Shown: positions 1 through 9,229 of the stretch, piece after piece | Layout: the number at the start of each line of letters is the position of its first letter | How positions within the stretch are numbered: the stretch's first letter is position 1 | Origin: Bacilli bacterium | GTDB lineage: Bacteria; Bacillota_I; Bacilli_A; RF39; UBA660 | Length of the DNA: 64,000 bases | Direction: 5' to 3' | Assembly (NCBI GenBank): GCA_017411405.1 | Contig: JAFQQE010000012.1 | Span: 17,280-81,279 of the forward strand | Translations under genes and position numbers: made by a program | Notes under the pieces: generated by a model | The model's database searches: none | What the model saw: only the letters and a program-made list of their open reading frames with translations | Told to the model about the DNA's origin: nothing

Positions 1-1
1 T

Positions 2-463
2 ATAGTAAATGATATAGATGAATTATATGATATAGTTTCTAAATATATTATAGATAGTAGTCTTATATTTAAAGAAATAGAGAAAATAAAAGAATATAAT
101 AATTTAAAATATATTAAAGAAAATACTAATATAGTTATTAAAGTTTTAGAAAATGATTTAAAGTATTTAAATTTGTCTATAAGTAATGTAGATTTAATAA
201 GTTTATTTAAGTCTAAATTATATTTTGTTGGTAAAGTATTAGAAATAAAAGAATTAATTAATAAAGATATATTTGAAGGTATAATAAATGAATATAATAA
301 TTTTATTAATAGTAGTGAGTATGAATTTTTAACTGATGAAGAAAAACAAAATAAGATAAATAGTTTTATTAATAGACTAGAAGAATTAATTAATATAATA
401 GAAAAAAATAGTACTTATAGATATAAAAAAGATTTTATTAATCCTATAAAAATTATTCGTTAA
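2..463 (+). CDS. hypothetical protein, 5' end outside window
   Basis: Frame 2 is open from nt 2 to TAA at 461-463. The ORF-track start at 173 is an internal TTG. No motif recognised. Confidence 0.45.
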   Translation: MVNDIDELYDIVSKYIIDSSLIFKEIEKIKEYNNLKYIKENTNIVIKVLENDLKYLNLSISNVDLISLFKSKLYFVGKVLEIKELINKDIFEGIINEYNNFINSSEYEFLTDEEKQNKINSFINRLEELINIIEKNSTYRYKKDFINPIKIIR

Positions 464-530
464 GATTTAATATAAAAAAATATAAATTGATTAATAATAG
501 TTTTTTTGATATTATTTATATGGTGATAGT

Positions 531-920
531 ATGTTTTTTATAGATGATATAGAATTTAGACTAATAATGCCAGAAATATTTTTGAGCAGGTTAAATGTTT
601 ATGGTATAGATAAAAGTTATTTTAATATATTAAATGATAATTATATATTAAAAGAGAACGTTAGTGAAGAAATTAAATATACTTTACTTAGTGAAGGATT
701 AAGTTTTTTAACAGGTGATATGAGTGAGACCGTTTTGAATAATGATGAAGTAATAAATAAATATGGACAAGTTGGGGCTCACATTTATTATAAAGAACAT
801 TTAGCTAAATCACTTTATACTAATAATAAAATTGATAAAGCAAATAATATATTAAAAAAATTAATTAGTGAATTATGTAGTATTAGAGAAGAAGTATATA
901 GTAATGATAGAAAATATTAA
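531..920 (+). CDS. hypothetical protein
   Basis: 129-aa ORF with ATG start preceded by GGTGA. A promoter-like TTGATT-17-TATTAT lies upstream. No motif recognised. Confidence 0.5.
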   Translation: MFFIDDIEFRLIMPEIFLSRLNVYGIDKSYFNILNDNYILKENVSEEIKYTLLSEGLSFLTGDMSETVLNNDEVINKYGQVGAHIYYKEHLAKSLYTNNKIDKANNILKKLISELCSIREEVYSNDRKY

Positions 921-966
921 AGTAAGTGTAAATTGTTGCAAATGCAACTTTATTCTTACTTTATTT
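921..966 (+). terminator. nested hairpin plus T-rich tail, likely terminator upstream of pflB
   Basis: Outer stem AGTAAG (921-926) pairs with CTTACT (955-960). Inner stem GTTGCA (935-940) pairs with TGCAAC (943-948). TTATTT follows. Confidence 0.45.
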
Positions 967-1008
967 AATTTATAATTGTATAGTACGAGAGAATTAGGAG
1001 GAGTAAAT

Positions 1009-3240
1009 ATGAATAAAGAATGGAATAGTTTTAAAGAAGGTAAATGGGTTAATGAAATAGATGTAGAAAATTTTATTAGTGAAAATTATATTGAATATAA
1101 GGGAGATGAGTCTTTTTTAGAAGGTATAAGTGAAAAGACTAGTAAAGTTTGGAATAAATGTTTAGATTTATTAAGTGATGAGTTAGAAAAAAAAGTATTA
1201 GATATAGATGTAAATCATATGTCTGGTATAAATTCTTTTAAACCAGGGTATATTGATAAAAAAAATGAAGTTATATTCGGATTACAAACTGATGCTCCAT
1301 TAAAACGTATGGTAAATCCGTATGGTGGGATTAGAATGGTTTACTCTGAATTAGAAGCTTATGGTTATAAATTAAATCCTACTGTAGATAAATATTTTAA
1401 TGAATTTAGAAAAACTCATAATCAAGGAGTATTTGATGCTTACAGTAAAGATATTAAAGTAGCTAGACATGTTGGTTTACTTACTGGATTGCCAGATGCT
1501 TATGGTAGAGGAAGAATTATAGGTGATTTTAGACGAGTTGCTTTATATGGTATAGATAAATTACAAGAACAAAAATTGAATGATTTTAATAATGTTTTTG
1601 TGGGTAGTATGGATGAAAATCTTATAAGACAACGTGAAGAATTATCAATGCAATATAGAGCATTGGAAGAGATGAAAAAGATGGCTTTATCTTATGGATT
1701 TGATATTTCTAAACCTGCTAGCAATTCTTTTGAAGCAGTTGAGTGGACTTATTTAGCTTATTTGGCAGGTGTTAAAGAAAATAATGGTGCTGCAATGTCT
1801 TTAGGTAGAGTAGATGCATTTTTTGATATATATTTTGAGAGAGATTTAAAAAATGGGTTAATCACTGAAAGTGAAATTCAAGAGTTGATAGATCAATTTG
1901 TTATAAAACTTAGACTAGTAAGACATTTACGTACTCCTGAATATGATGAGTTGTTTTCAGGAGATCCTACTTGGGTTACTTGTTCTATTGGTGGTATGAA
2001 AACTAAAGATAAATCTTTAGTTACAAAAACAACTTATAGAGTATTACATACTTTAGAAAACTTAGATACTGCTCCTGAACCTAATATGACTGTTTTATGG
2101 AGTAATCTATTACCAGAAAGTTTTAAAAAATATTGTGCTAAGTTAAGTATAAGTACAGATGCTATTCAATATGAAAATGATGATTTGATGAGTAAAATAT
2201 ATGGTACTGATTATGCTATAGCATGTTGTGTTTCTGCAATGAGACTAGGTAAAGATATGCAATTTTTTGGCGCTAGATGTAATTTAGCTAAGGCATTATT
2301 ATACTCATTAAATGGCGGAGTTGATGAAATAAAAGGCGATAAAGTAATAGATGGTATAGAATTAAATAAGGATAAAGTATTGAATTATGAAAATGTAAAA
2401 GAAAGTTATTTTAAAGTTTTATCTAAGATTGCATTTATTTATAGTAATGCTATGAATATTATTCATTATATGCATGATAAATATGCTTATGAAGCAGGAT
2501 TGATGGCATTACATGATACTGATGTTCATCGTTATATGGCTTATGGTGTTGCTGGTTTATCTGTTGCAGTTGATTCTTTATCTGCTATAAAATATGCTAA
2601 AGTATATCCAATAAGAGATGAAAATGGAATTAGTATTGATTTTAAAATAGACGGCGATTATCCTAAATATGGTAATGATGATGATAGAGTAGATAATATT
2701 GCTCGTGAACTTACTGATTATTTCTTTAATGAGTTAAAAAAACATAAATGTTATAAAGGTGCAGAACCTACTATGTCGGTTTTAACTATAACATCTAATG
2801 TAGTATATGGCGCTAAAACTGGTGCAACTCCTGATGGTAGAAAAAAAGGTGTTGCTTTTGCACCGGGGGCTAATCCTATGCATGGTAGAGATGAAAATGG
2901 AGCTATTTCATCACTTAATTCAGTAGCTAAACTTGATTATTGCAATTCTTGTAAAGATGGTATTTCAAATACATTTACTATTATTCCTGATTCGTTAGGA
3001 AAGGACAATGAATCTAGAATAGATAATTTGGTTTCTTTATTAGATGGATATTTTAAAAAAGGCGCACATCATCTGAATGTAAATGTTTTAAATAGAGAAA
3101 TGCTTATTGATGCTATGAACAATCCAGAAAAATATCCATTACTTACAATAAGAGTTTCTGGTTATAGTGTAAGATTTAATAGACTTACTAGAAAGCAACA
3201 GGAAGAAGTTATTTCAAGGACTTTCCATACTAAATTATGA
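1009..3240 (+). CDS. pflB: pyruvate formate-lyase (glycyl radical enzyme)
   Basis: Glycyl-radical motif RVSGYSVRF near the C-terminus and active-site Cys pair in [12 protein letters not shown] at 1009 follows the RBS AGGAGGAG; the track start at 976 is an upstream TTG. Confidence 0.95.
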   Translation: MNKEWNSFKEGKWVNEIDVENFISENYIEYKGDESFLEGISEKTSKVWNKCLDLLSDELEKKVLDIDVNHMSGINSFKPGYIDKKNEVIFGLQTDAPLKRMVNPYGGIRMVYSELEAYGYKLNPTVDKYFNEFRKTHNQGVFDAYSKDIKVARHVGLLTGLPDAYGRGRIIGDFRRVALYGIDKLQEQKLNDFNNVFVGSMDENLIRQREELSMQYRALEEMKKMALSYGFDISKPASNSFEAVEWTYLAYLAGVKENNGAAMSLGRVDAFFDIYFERDLKNGLITESEIQELIDQFVIKLRLVRHLRTPEYDELFSGDPTWVTCSIGGMKTKDKSLVTKTTYRVLHTLENLDTAPEPNMTVLWSNLLPESFKKYCAKLSISTDAIQYENDDLMSKIYGTDYAIACCVSAMRLGKDMQFFGARCNLAKALLYSLNGGVDEIKGDKVIDGIELNKDKVLNYENVKESYFKVLSKIAFIYSNAMNIIHYMHDKYAYEAGLMALHDTDVHRYMAYGVAGLSVAVDSLSAIKYAKVYPIRDENGISIDFKIDGDYPKYGNDDDRVDNIARELTDYFFNELKKHKCYKGAEPTMSVLTITSNVVYGAKTGATPDGRKKGVAFAPGANPMHGRDENGAISSLNSVAKLDYCNSCKDGISNTFTIIPDSLGKDNESRIDNLVSLLDGYFKKGAHHLNVNVLNREMLIDAMNNPEKYPLLTIRVSGYSVRFNRLTRKQQEEVISRTFHTKL

Positions 3241-3959
3241 TAGGTAGTGTAGCAAGTATTGAAACATTTGGTACTCAAGATGGTCCTGGAATAAGAACAG
3301 TAATTTTCTTTAATGAATGTAAATTACGATGTATATATTGTCATAATCCTGAAATGTGGAATAAAGGTATTAAAAATTATTCTGTTGAAGAATTATTTTT
3401 GAGAATAATTAAGAATAAAGAATATTATGGAGAGAATGGTGGGGTAACTTTTTCTGGGGGAGAACCGTTATTACATTCTGAATTTTTGTTAGAATTATGT
3501 AAAAAATTAAAGAATGAAAATATTCACATTGCATTAGATACTGCGGGTATTGCGGAAGTTGATTATGAAGAATTACTAAAGTATGTTGATTTGATTATAT
3601 TTGATGTTAAACATATTAATGAAGAAGGATATAAATTGATAACAAGAACAAATAATTTTAATAAGGCTAATAAGTTTTTATCTGTTGCTAATAAATTAAA
3701 TAAAAAATTTTGGATTAGACAAGTAATAGTACCTGGTATAATGGATAATTGTGATTATTTAATTGGTTTAAAAGAATATCTAAAACGTATTAATAATATA
3801 GAAAAAATAGAGTTTTTACCTTATCATAAATTAGGCTGTGAAAAATATATAAAAATAGGAATTCCTTATTATTGTGAAAATATAAAAGAAATGGATAAAA
3901 TCACATGTGAAAATTTATATAATAAGTTTTTAGAAATATATAATGACAACAATGATTAG
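3237..3959 (+). CDS. pflA: pyruvate formate-lyase activating enzyme (radical SAM)
   Basis: CX3CX2C cluster (CKLRCIYC) and GGEPLL motif. ATGA overlap with the pflB stop suggests translational coupling. Confidence 0.93.
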   Translation: MIGSVASIETFGTQDGPGIRTVIFFNECKLRCIYCHNPEMWNKGIKNYSVEELFLRIIKNKEYYGENGGVTFSGGEPLLHSEFLLELCKKLKNENIHIALDTAGIAEVDYEELLKYVDLIIFDVKHINEEGYKLITRTNNFNKANKFLSVANKLNKKFWIRQVIVPGIMDNCDYLIGLKEYLKRINNIEKIEFLPYHKLGCEKYIKIGIPYYCENIKEMDKITCENLYNKFLEIYNDNND

Positions 3960-3974
3960 CTATTGTTGTTTTTA
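3946..3974 (+). terminator. rho-independent terminator of pflBA
   Basis: 8-bp stem ACAACAAT/ATTGTTGT (3946-3953 / 3962-3969) followed by a T-run. Confidence 0.7.
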
Positions 3975-3998
3975 TATTGTAAAAAATTAAATTAATAA

Positions 3999-4027
3999 TT
4001 GATATATTGTTTTTTATTTGATATAAT
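3999..4027 (+). promoter_or_regulatory. sigma-A type promoter of the 4055-7787 operon
   Basis: -35 TTGATA (3999-4004), 17-nt spacer, -10 TATAAT (4022-4027). Confidence 0.65.
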
Positions 4028-4054
4028 CTTTTTAGAATAGGAAAGAGGCTGGAA

Positions 4055-5179
4055 ATGAATGATTTAGTGGATATATATTTAAATAAATCTAAGACTAATT
4101 TAAAATCAATAGTCAAATGTCTCGAACAAAATATTATATATTTAGATAATAGTATCTGGAGTAATAATAGTGAGTTTGAATTAATAACAAATCGTATTAT
4201 AGATATATATTATGATAAGTATTATATTTATACTAAAAATGATTTTAAAATAATAGATAAATATATAAAATTTAATAAAAATATAAATAGAAAACTTAAG
4301 TGCATATTACTTGCAATTATAGATTATTATGAAGAAATTAGTGAAAGTAATAAACTTAGTATAAATGAAGGTTCTATACTTTATTTAACTATATTAATTT
4401 ATCTAGGTATTAAGTTATATAATACTAATTTTAATAACATAGATACACCTAAAAAGATACAGAGTGTAATAAATAATATAATAGATTATTTTGCTAAAAT
4501 AACTTTTAGAAAAGATAGAAATTTAGAAAGTTTAATTAATAATATAAGAGAGTATGTAGAGTGGAATAATGAATTTAATAGTAAATTAAATAATGTTTAT
4601 TCTAAAGATAGTAAAAATATGTTTGTTAAAATAAATAATAAAGATAATTTTTATAAAGTATTATATGAATATAATATAAATGAATTAAATAGTTTTGATA
4701 ATAAAGATATTAGTATAGTAAATAATAAGATTAATTTAGGTAATGTTTTATCTAATATATCTTTAGATTTAAGTTATATTACACTTTTTAAAGCTTTAAG
4801 TAATGGATTAAATTATATATTCTTATTTGAAGTAGATAAAGATTTCTTTACTGAAGAAAATATAAAAAAAATATGTAGTAAGAATGATTTAGTTACTAAT
4901 AATATAAAGTTCGTTATAGATTATGATAAAATTGAAAAAGATTATGATTTTATTAATATGATTAAGAGCAATAATATTGATTTATATATAGACGTAGTGA
5001 ATAGTTTTGAAACTAATAATTATAATATGTTTATGGATATGAAGAATATTATTATATCTGAAGATTTCTTAAATATGAATGAAAAATATAAAGAGATTTG
5101 GAAAGATATGGGATTAAATTTTATTGTAAAGAATATGTCTAACAAATTAAATGAAAAAAGGTTATTAAGTAGAAAGTAG
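4055..5179 (+). CDS. hypothetical protein, first gene of the McrB-like operon
   Basis: 374-aa ORF with RBS GGAAAGAGG upstream. Its stop is 9 nt before the next start. No family recognised. Confidence 0.6.
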   Translation: MNDLVDIYLNKSKTNLKSIVKCLEQNIIYLDNSIWSNNSEFELITNRIIDIYYDKYYIYTKNDFKIIDKYIKFNKNINRKLKCILLAIIDYYEEISESNKLSINEGSILYLTILIYLGIKLYNTNFNNIDTPKKIQSVINNIIDYFAKITFRKDRNLESLINNIREYVEWNNEFNSKLNNVYSKDSKNMFVKINNKDNFYKVLYEYNINELNSFDNKDISIVNNKINLGNVLSNISLDLSYITLFKALSNGLNYIFLFEVDKDFFTEENIKKICSKNDLVTNNIKFVIDYDKIEKDYDFINMIKSNNIDLYIDVVNSFETNNYNMFMDMKNIIISEDFLNMNEKYKEIWKDMGLNFIVKNMSNKLNEKRLLSRK

Positions 5180-5188
5180 AGGTTTTTT

Positions 5189-6685
5189 ATGGATAATTAT
5201 GGTAATTTTTTTGTAGAATTTTTAACTCCTTTTTTTGAAGGATTGATATCAATATTTAAATCAATATTTGCAGGTATTGTAGAAATGTTTAATATAATTA
5301 AGTATATTGATACAGTAAATGAATATAAAGATACTGTTAATATAGTATTTATAATAATTTCTATTTTATGTTTATTATTATTAATATGTTTATTATCTTA
5401 TGTTATATATTATATAATTAAGAAAACAATTAAAGTTGTTAGAAAGAGTCATGAACAAGATGCTTTATTGGAAGAAGTAGAAAAATTAAATTATGATATG
5501 ATTAAGTTAAAACAAGAAAATGATAAACTTACAACTATGGCAGAAAATATGGGTGCTGATTTAGACGAAAATGGTAATCCAATAACTAAGATCAAAGATG
5601 GAGAAAGTAGATTCTATAAACTTACTGAAATTGATAGTAAATGGGAAAATTATACTCCTGAAGTTCCATTTAATAATAGTTTATCTTTAAAAGATATTTG
5701 TGAATCATTTAGAAATTATGCTGCTAGTGAGTTAGGTTTATATTATACTCCAGAATTAATTAGGTTATTTATTTCTGCATTTTCATCTTCTAGAATAATT
5801 ATATTACAAGGTATATCTGGTACAGGTAAAACATCTTTAGCTTATGCTTTTGGACATTTTTTAGGTAATGATTCAGTTATAGCTCCAGTACAACCTTCAT
5901 GGAGAGATCGTACAGAATTATTTGGATATTTTAATGAATTTACTAAAAGATTTAATGAAACTGAATTATTAAGTAAAATGTATGAAGCAACTTATAATGA
6001 TAAGATATATATAACTATTTTAGACGAAATGAATATAGCTCGTGTAGAATATTATTTTGCAGAAATGTTGTCAATTATGGAAATGCCTGATAAAAAAGAA
6101 TGGAATATTAGTTTAGTTGCAACACCTTGGGAAAATGATCCTAAGAAGATTGTAAATGGTATATTTACGTTACCAGGTAATATGTGGTATATAGGAACTA
6201 TAAATAATGATGATTCAACATTTATGGTAACAGATAAAGTATACGATAGAGCAATGCCTATTGATATTAATGAAAAATGTGCTAAATTTGAAGCTCCTAA
6301 AACTGAGAGTATAAACATTAGTGATGATTATTTAGAAAGTCTTTTTGATGATGCACAAAAGAAAAATCCTATTACTGAAGAAATGCTAAAAAAACTTGAT
6401 GAATTAGATCAATATATTATTGAGCATTTTAGAATATCTTTTGGTAACCGTATATTAAAACAAATAGAAGATTTTGTACCTGTATATGTAGAATGTGGAG
6501 GTACTGAGGTAGATGCAATAGATTATTTGATTTGTGCTAAAATATTAAGAAAATTCGAACAATTAAATCTAGCATTTATAAAAAATGAATTAGATGAGTT
6601 TATTAATTATTTAAATGTTAATTTTGGTAATAAGAATATGAATAGATGTAAAGATTTTATTTTAAGATTAAAAAAATCTATATAG
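5189..6685 (+). CDS. membrane-anchored McrB-family AAA+ GTPase (AAA_5-like) with coiled-coil linker
   Basis: Hydrophobic helix IVFIIISILCLLLLICLLSYVIYYII, then the charged heptad-like stretch EQDALLEEVEKLNYDMIKLKQENDKL. Walker A is GISGTGKTS and Walker B is ITILDEMNIARVEYYFAEMLSIME. YIGTINNDDSTFMVTDKVYDRAM parallels the McrB segment GTMNtADRS...D.AlrRRF. Confidence 0.7.
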   Translation: MDNYGNFFVEFLTPFFEGLISIFKSIFAGIVEMFNIIKYIDTVNEYKDTVNIVFIIISILCLLLLICLLSYVIYYIIKKTIKVVRKSHEQDALLEEVEKLNYDMIKLKQENDKLTTMAENMGADLDENGNPITKIKDGESRFYKLTEIDSKWENYTPEVPFNNSLSLKDICESFRNYAASELGLYYTPELIRLFISAFSSSRIIILQGISGTGKTSLAYAFGHFLGNDSVIAPVQPSWRDRTELFGYFNEFTKRFNETELLSKMYEATYNDKIYITILDEMNIARVEYYFAEMLSIMEMPDKKEWNISLVATPWENDPKKIVNGIFTLPGNMWYIGTINNDDSTFMVTDKVYDRAMPIDINEKCAKFEAPKTESINISDDYLESLFDDAQKKNPITEEMLKKLDELDQYIIEHFRISFGNRILKQIEDFVPVYVECGGTEVDAIDYLICAKILRKFEQLNLAFIKNELDEFINYLNVNFGNKNMNRCKDFILRLKKSI

Positions 6686-6692
6686 GTGAATT

Positions 6693-7787
6693 ATGATAAA
6701 AAATATTACTGATATTATGAATAATGTAAATAATAATGAATTAGAACTATTTATGTCAAATACTGATGCTAATTTTTCTATGAAATCTGATATTAGAGAA
6801 ACAAAAGTTGATTATTCTTGGATTAATGTTTTAGAAGACACTTTATCTAGTTTAGATAAAATTGTTAGAAATCCTAGACGATTTATTGTTCAAGAAGAAG
6901 ATGTTGTTATAGTGGAAAAAATAAAAAGAGTATCGTTAGAAACTATAAAACATTTGGCAGTACATAGTGAGAATATACAAAGTTTAGATGAAAATGGAGA
7001 TGTGGTTCCTAAAAAGTTATTAAATGTACATAAGGAAGATACATCTGATTTATATGAAAATAGGTTTATATATACTTTGGTAACTAGATTGGAATCTTTT
7101 ATAAATAGACAATTAGATGCTTTAGATTTAGAAAGTAAATGTGAAATAAAGAAGAGTGTAGTATATAATGCACAAACCAAAATAGATAATAGAAATATAA
7201 ATATAGAATTGAAATTAGAAGATGATGATATTATATTTACAGATGATGAAGGAGAAGATTATAAAACTAGAATACTTGCATGTTACGAAATAATTAATGC
7301 TTTTAAATCAACGGAGATGATTAAAGAATTAATAGGCTGTAGCTTAGTAAGTAATCCTATTAGAAAGACCAATTTAATATTAAGAGAACCTAATTTTCAA
7401 AAAGCTTTTATACTTTGGGAATATTTAGATAATTATGAATTAAGAGAACCTAAAGTTGTAAATTATGAAAGTATTACAAATAATAGTGATGATATAAAAA
7501 ATGAATTTACATTATCTTATTTTATAAATTCTAATGCAATTAAACAAAATAAAGAAAATTTATTACAATATAAAGATACAGATAATAAATTAAAAAAATT
7601 AATAAATGATTATATATATGAAAATGATAATGATATTAATAAATTAACTAACAAAGCATTTGAATATTATAATAATGCATTAGTAGAAAAACATAATAGG
7701 GAAATTAAGATAGAAGATATATATAATATATTTATAAGTAAAAATAAATCTATTATAGAAGATATTTATTCATTTCTTAATAATTAA
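6693..7787 (+). CDS. McrC/DUF2357-like N-terminal domain protein, no nuclease motif seen
   Basis: The segment DTSDLYENRFIYTLVTRLESFI resembles the (D/E)xxENRF helix of McrC-like/DUF2357 proteins. No hydrophobic-D...(D/E)xK motif is visible in the C-terminal half. Start is 7 nt after the McrB-like gene. Confidence 0.45.
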   Translation: MIKNITDIMNNVNNNELELFMSNTDANFSMKSDIRETKVDYSWINVLEDTLSSLDKIVRNPRRFIVQEEDVVIVEKIKRVSLETIKHLAVHSENIQSLDENGDVVPKKLLNVHKEDTSDLYENRFIYTLVTRLESFINRQLDALDLESKCEIKKSVVYNAQTKIDNRNINIELKLEDDDIIFTDDEGEDYKTRILACYEIINAFKSTEMIKELIGCSLVSNPIRKTNLILREPNFQKAFILWEYLDNYELREPKVVNYESITNNSDDIKNEFTLSYFINSNAIKQNKENLLQYKDTDNKLKKLINDYIYENDNDINKLTNKAFEYYNNALVEKHNREIKIEDIYNIFISKNKSIIEDIYSFLNN

Positions 7788-7788
7788 T

Positions 7789-7818
7789 AAAGTATAAAAA
7801 TATACTTTATTTTTTTTA
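7789..7818 (+). terminator. rho-independent terminator of the 4055-7787 operon
   Basis: Stem AAAGTATA (7789-7796) pairs with TATACTTT (7801-7808), followed by ATTTTTTTT. Confidence 0.65.
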
Positions 7819-7888
7819 TAAAATTAATATGAAGTATTGTTTTTTTATTATCTTTTTTGTATAATTAATAATAAGGAGAGTATGTTTT

Positions 7889-9184
7889 ATGAAAGTAGAA
7901 AAGAAAGATAAAAAAATGAAGAGATTATCAAAAAGTAAAGTTAAGACAATTGTTATAACAGTTGAAGAATTGGAAAAATTAAGTGCTGAAAAACAATTAG
8001 AAAAATTTGAAGAAATATTTGATAAAATATACTCTGGAGAAGAAGTAGAATCAATTAGAAAATATGCTTTAAGATGTGTTAAATTAACATGTGATCCTAA
8101 AGATAATAAAGTACATTTACCTTATGGTGTATTAGTACAAAAAAAGGATAATGATATAATTATTAAACTTTATAATAATAGACATATATTTTTATTCTTA
8201 TTATTTTTAACATTACTTTTCTTTGCGTTATTAGGTTCAAGTTATTCTGTAATTAATTATAATATTATTAAGAATTTTAATAAAGATATAGATGGTGATA
8301 AAATTCCGGATATAAATTTAGAGTTAACTGGTGATAGAAAAAGCGATATTAATATTGATATAAATAATGATGATAAGCCAGATTTAAATATAGATTATGC
8401 TATGAATAGAGAACCTATTTTTAATCGTGATAGAAATCACGATGGTAAAGCAGATCATAATTTAATGAATCAAGATTTGAATCAAGATGGTAAATGTGAT
8501 CTTAATTGTGATATAAATAATGATGGATGGCCTGATATTAATATAAATTTTGATGGGAATAAAAAACCAAATATGCATGTTGATATAGATGGTGATGGTA
8601 AACCTGATTTGAATTTTGATACAAATGGTGATATGAAATGTGATTTACATTGCGATACAAATGAAGATAAGGTATGTGATAAGTGGTGTTTAACAACTCC
8701 AGAATTAGATAATATGGATCATATTAATAGTGGTACAAGTAATACTGTGGGAAATAAGGATGTATTTGTGCAATCAGGTGAATTAGTTCTTGAATATGAA
8801 GAAGATAATACTGTATATATTACAGATATTTATCCTGATGATCAACCTTATTATGTTCAAGATATTCCAACTAAGAAGTTTAAAGTAACAAATAAATCTA
8901 ATTTATATATAAAATATAATTTAAGATGGGTTATAACTTTAAATGATTATGTTTCAGATAATTTTAAATATAAAGTAACAAGTAGTTTAAATACTTTAAA
9001 TACAGATTGGATTACAGCACCAAAATTAACTAGTCCTATGAGTACAGAAATATTAATAAATCCTCATACTACTCAAGAATTTGAAATTGATTTTAAATTA
9101 CAAGGTATAGGTGGAAAACAAAATTATGATCAAGGAAAGACTTTTGCTGGATATATAGAAATTTATTTAGATAATGAGTTTTAA
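7889..9184 (+). CDS. single-pass membrane protein with Ca-binding-loop repeat array and TasA/camelysin-like C-terminal domain
   Basis: RBS AAGGAGAG upstream. TM helix at aa 99-117. Repeat array at aa 133-266. The C-terminal 150 aa are similar to the N-terminal domain of the 20487 ORF. Confidence 0.6.
   Translation: MKVEKKDKKMKRLSKSKVKTIVITVEELEKLSAEKQLEKFEEIFDKIYSGEEVESIRKYALRCVKLTCDPKDNKVHLPYGVLVQKKDNDIIIKLYNNRHIFLFLLFLTLLFFALLGSSYSVINYNIIKNFNKDIDGDKIPDINLELTGDRKSDINIDINNDDKPDLNIDYAMNREPIFNRDRNHDGKADHNLMNQDLNQDGKCDLNCDINNDGWPDININFDGNKKPNMHVDIDGDGKPDLNFDTNGDMKCDLHCDTNEDKVCDKWCLTTPELDNMDHINSGTSNTVGNKDVFVQSGELVLEYEEDNTVYITDIYPDDQPYYVQDIPTKKFKVTNKSNLYIKYNLRWVITLNDYVSDNFKYKVTSSLNTLNTDWITAPKLTSPMSTEILINPHTTQEFEIDFKLQGIGGKQNYDQGKTFAGYIEIYLDNEF
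8285..8686 (+). repeat. about 11 tandem 12-residue (36-nt) D-x-[DN]-x-D-G-K-[PC]-D-x-N-x units inside the CDS
   Basis: Units read off the translation include DIDGDKIPDINL, DINNDDKPDLNI, DRNHDGKADHNL, DLNQDGKCDLNC, DINNDGWPDINI, DIDGDGKPDLNF, DTNGDMKCDLHC and DTNEDKVCDKWC. Confidence 0.8.
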
Positions 9185-9212
9185 GTTCTAAATTCTATAT
9201 TAGAACTTTTTT
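9185..9212 (+). terminator. rho-independent terminator
   Basis: Stem GTTCTA (9185-9190) pairs with TAGAAC (9201-9206), followed by TTTTTT. Confidence 0.6.
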
Positions 9213-9229
9213 CTTTTGTGAGGTAGTGT

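Noticed and set aside
921-960. Possible FNR/Rex-type operator upstream of pflB (palindrome GTTGCAAATGCAAC)
   Set aside because: The half-sites match neither TTGAT-N4-ATCAA nor TTGTGAA-N4-TTCACAA. Its position directly after the upstream stop codon, and its T-rich tail, fit a terminator better.
3901-4116. 71-aa minus-strand ORF spanning the pflA end and the next operon's promoter
   Set aside because: It runs across a terminator hairpin and a consensus promoter and overlaps two supported CDS. No motif is present.
6052-7180. Minus-strand ORFs 6052-6318 and 6890-7180 inside the McrB-like and McrC-like genes
   Set aside because: They are antisense to ORFs with recognisable motifs and tight operon spacing, and their products are hydrophobic low-complexity sequences. 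The same reasoning applies to the other short antisense ORFs in the track: 12449, 13025, 15725, 16596, 16983, 20108, 21829, 22107, 23795, 24256, 26949, 27515, 28870, 29116, 38754, 43446, 46162, 53316 and 53716.
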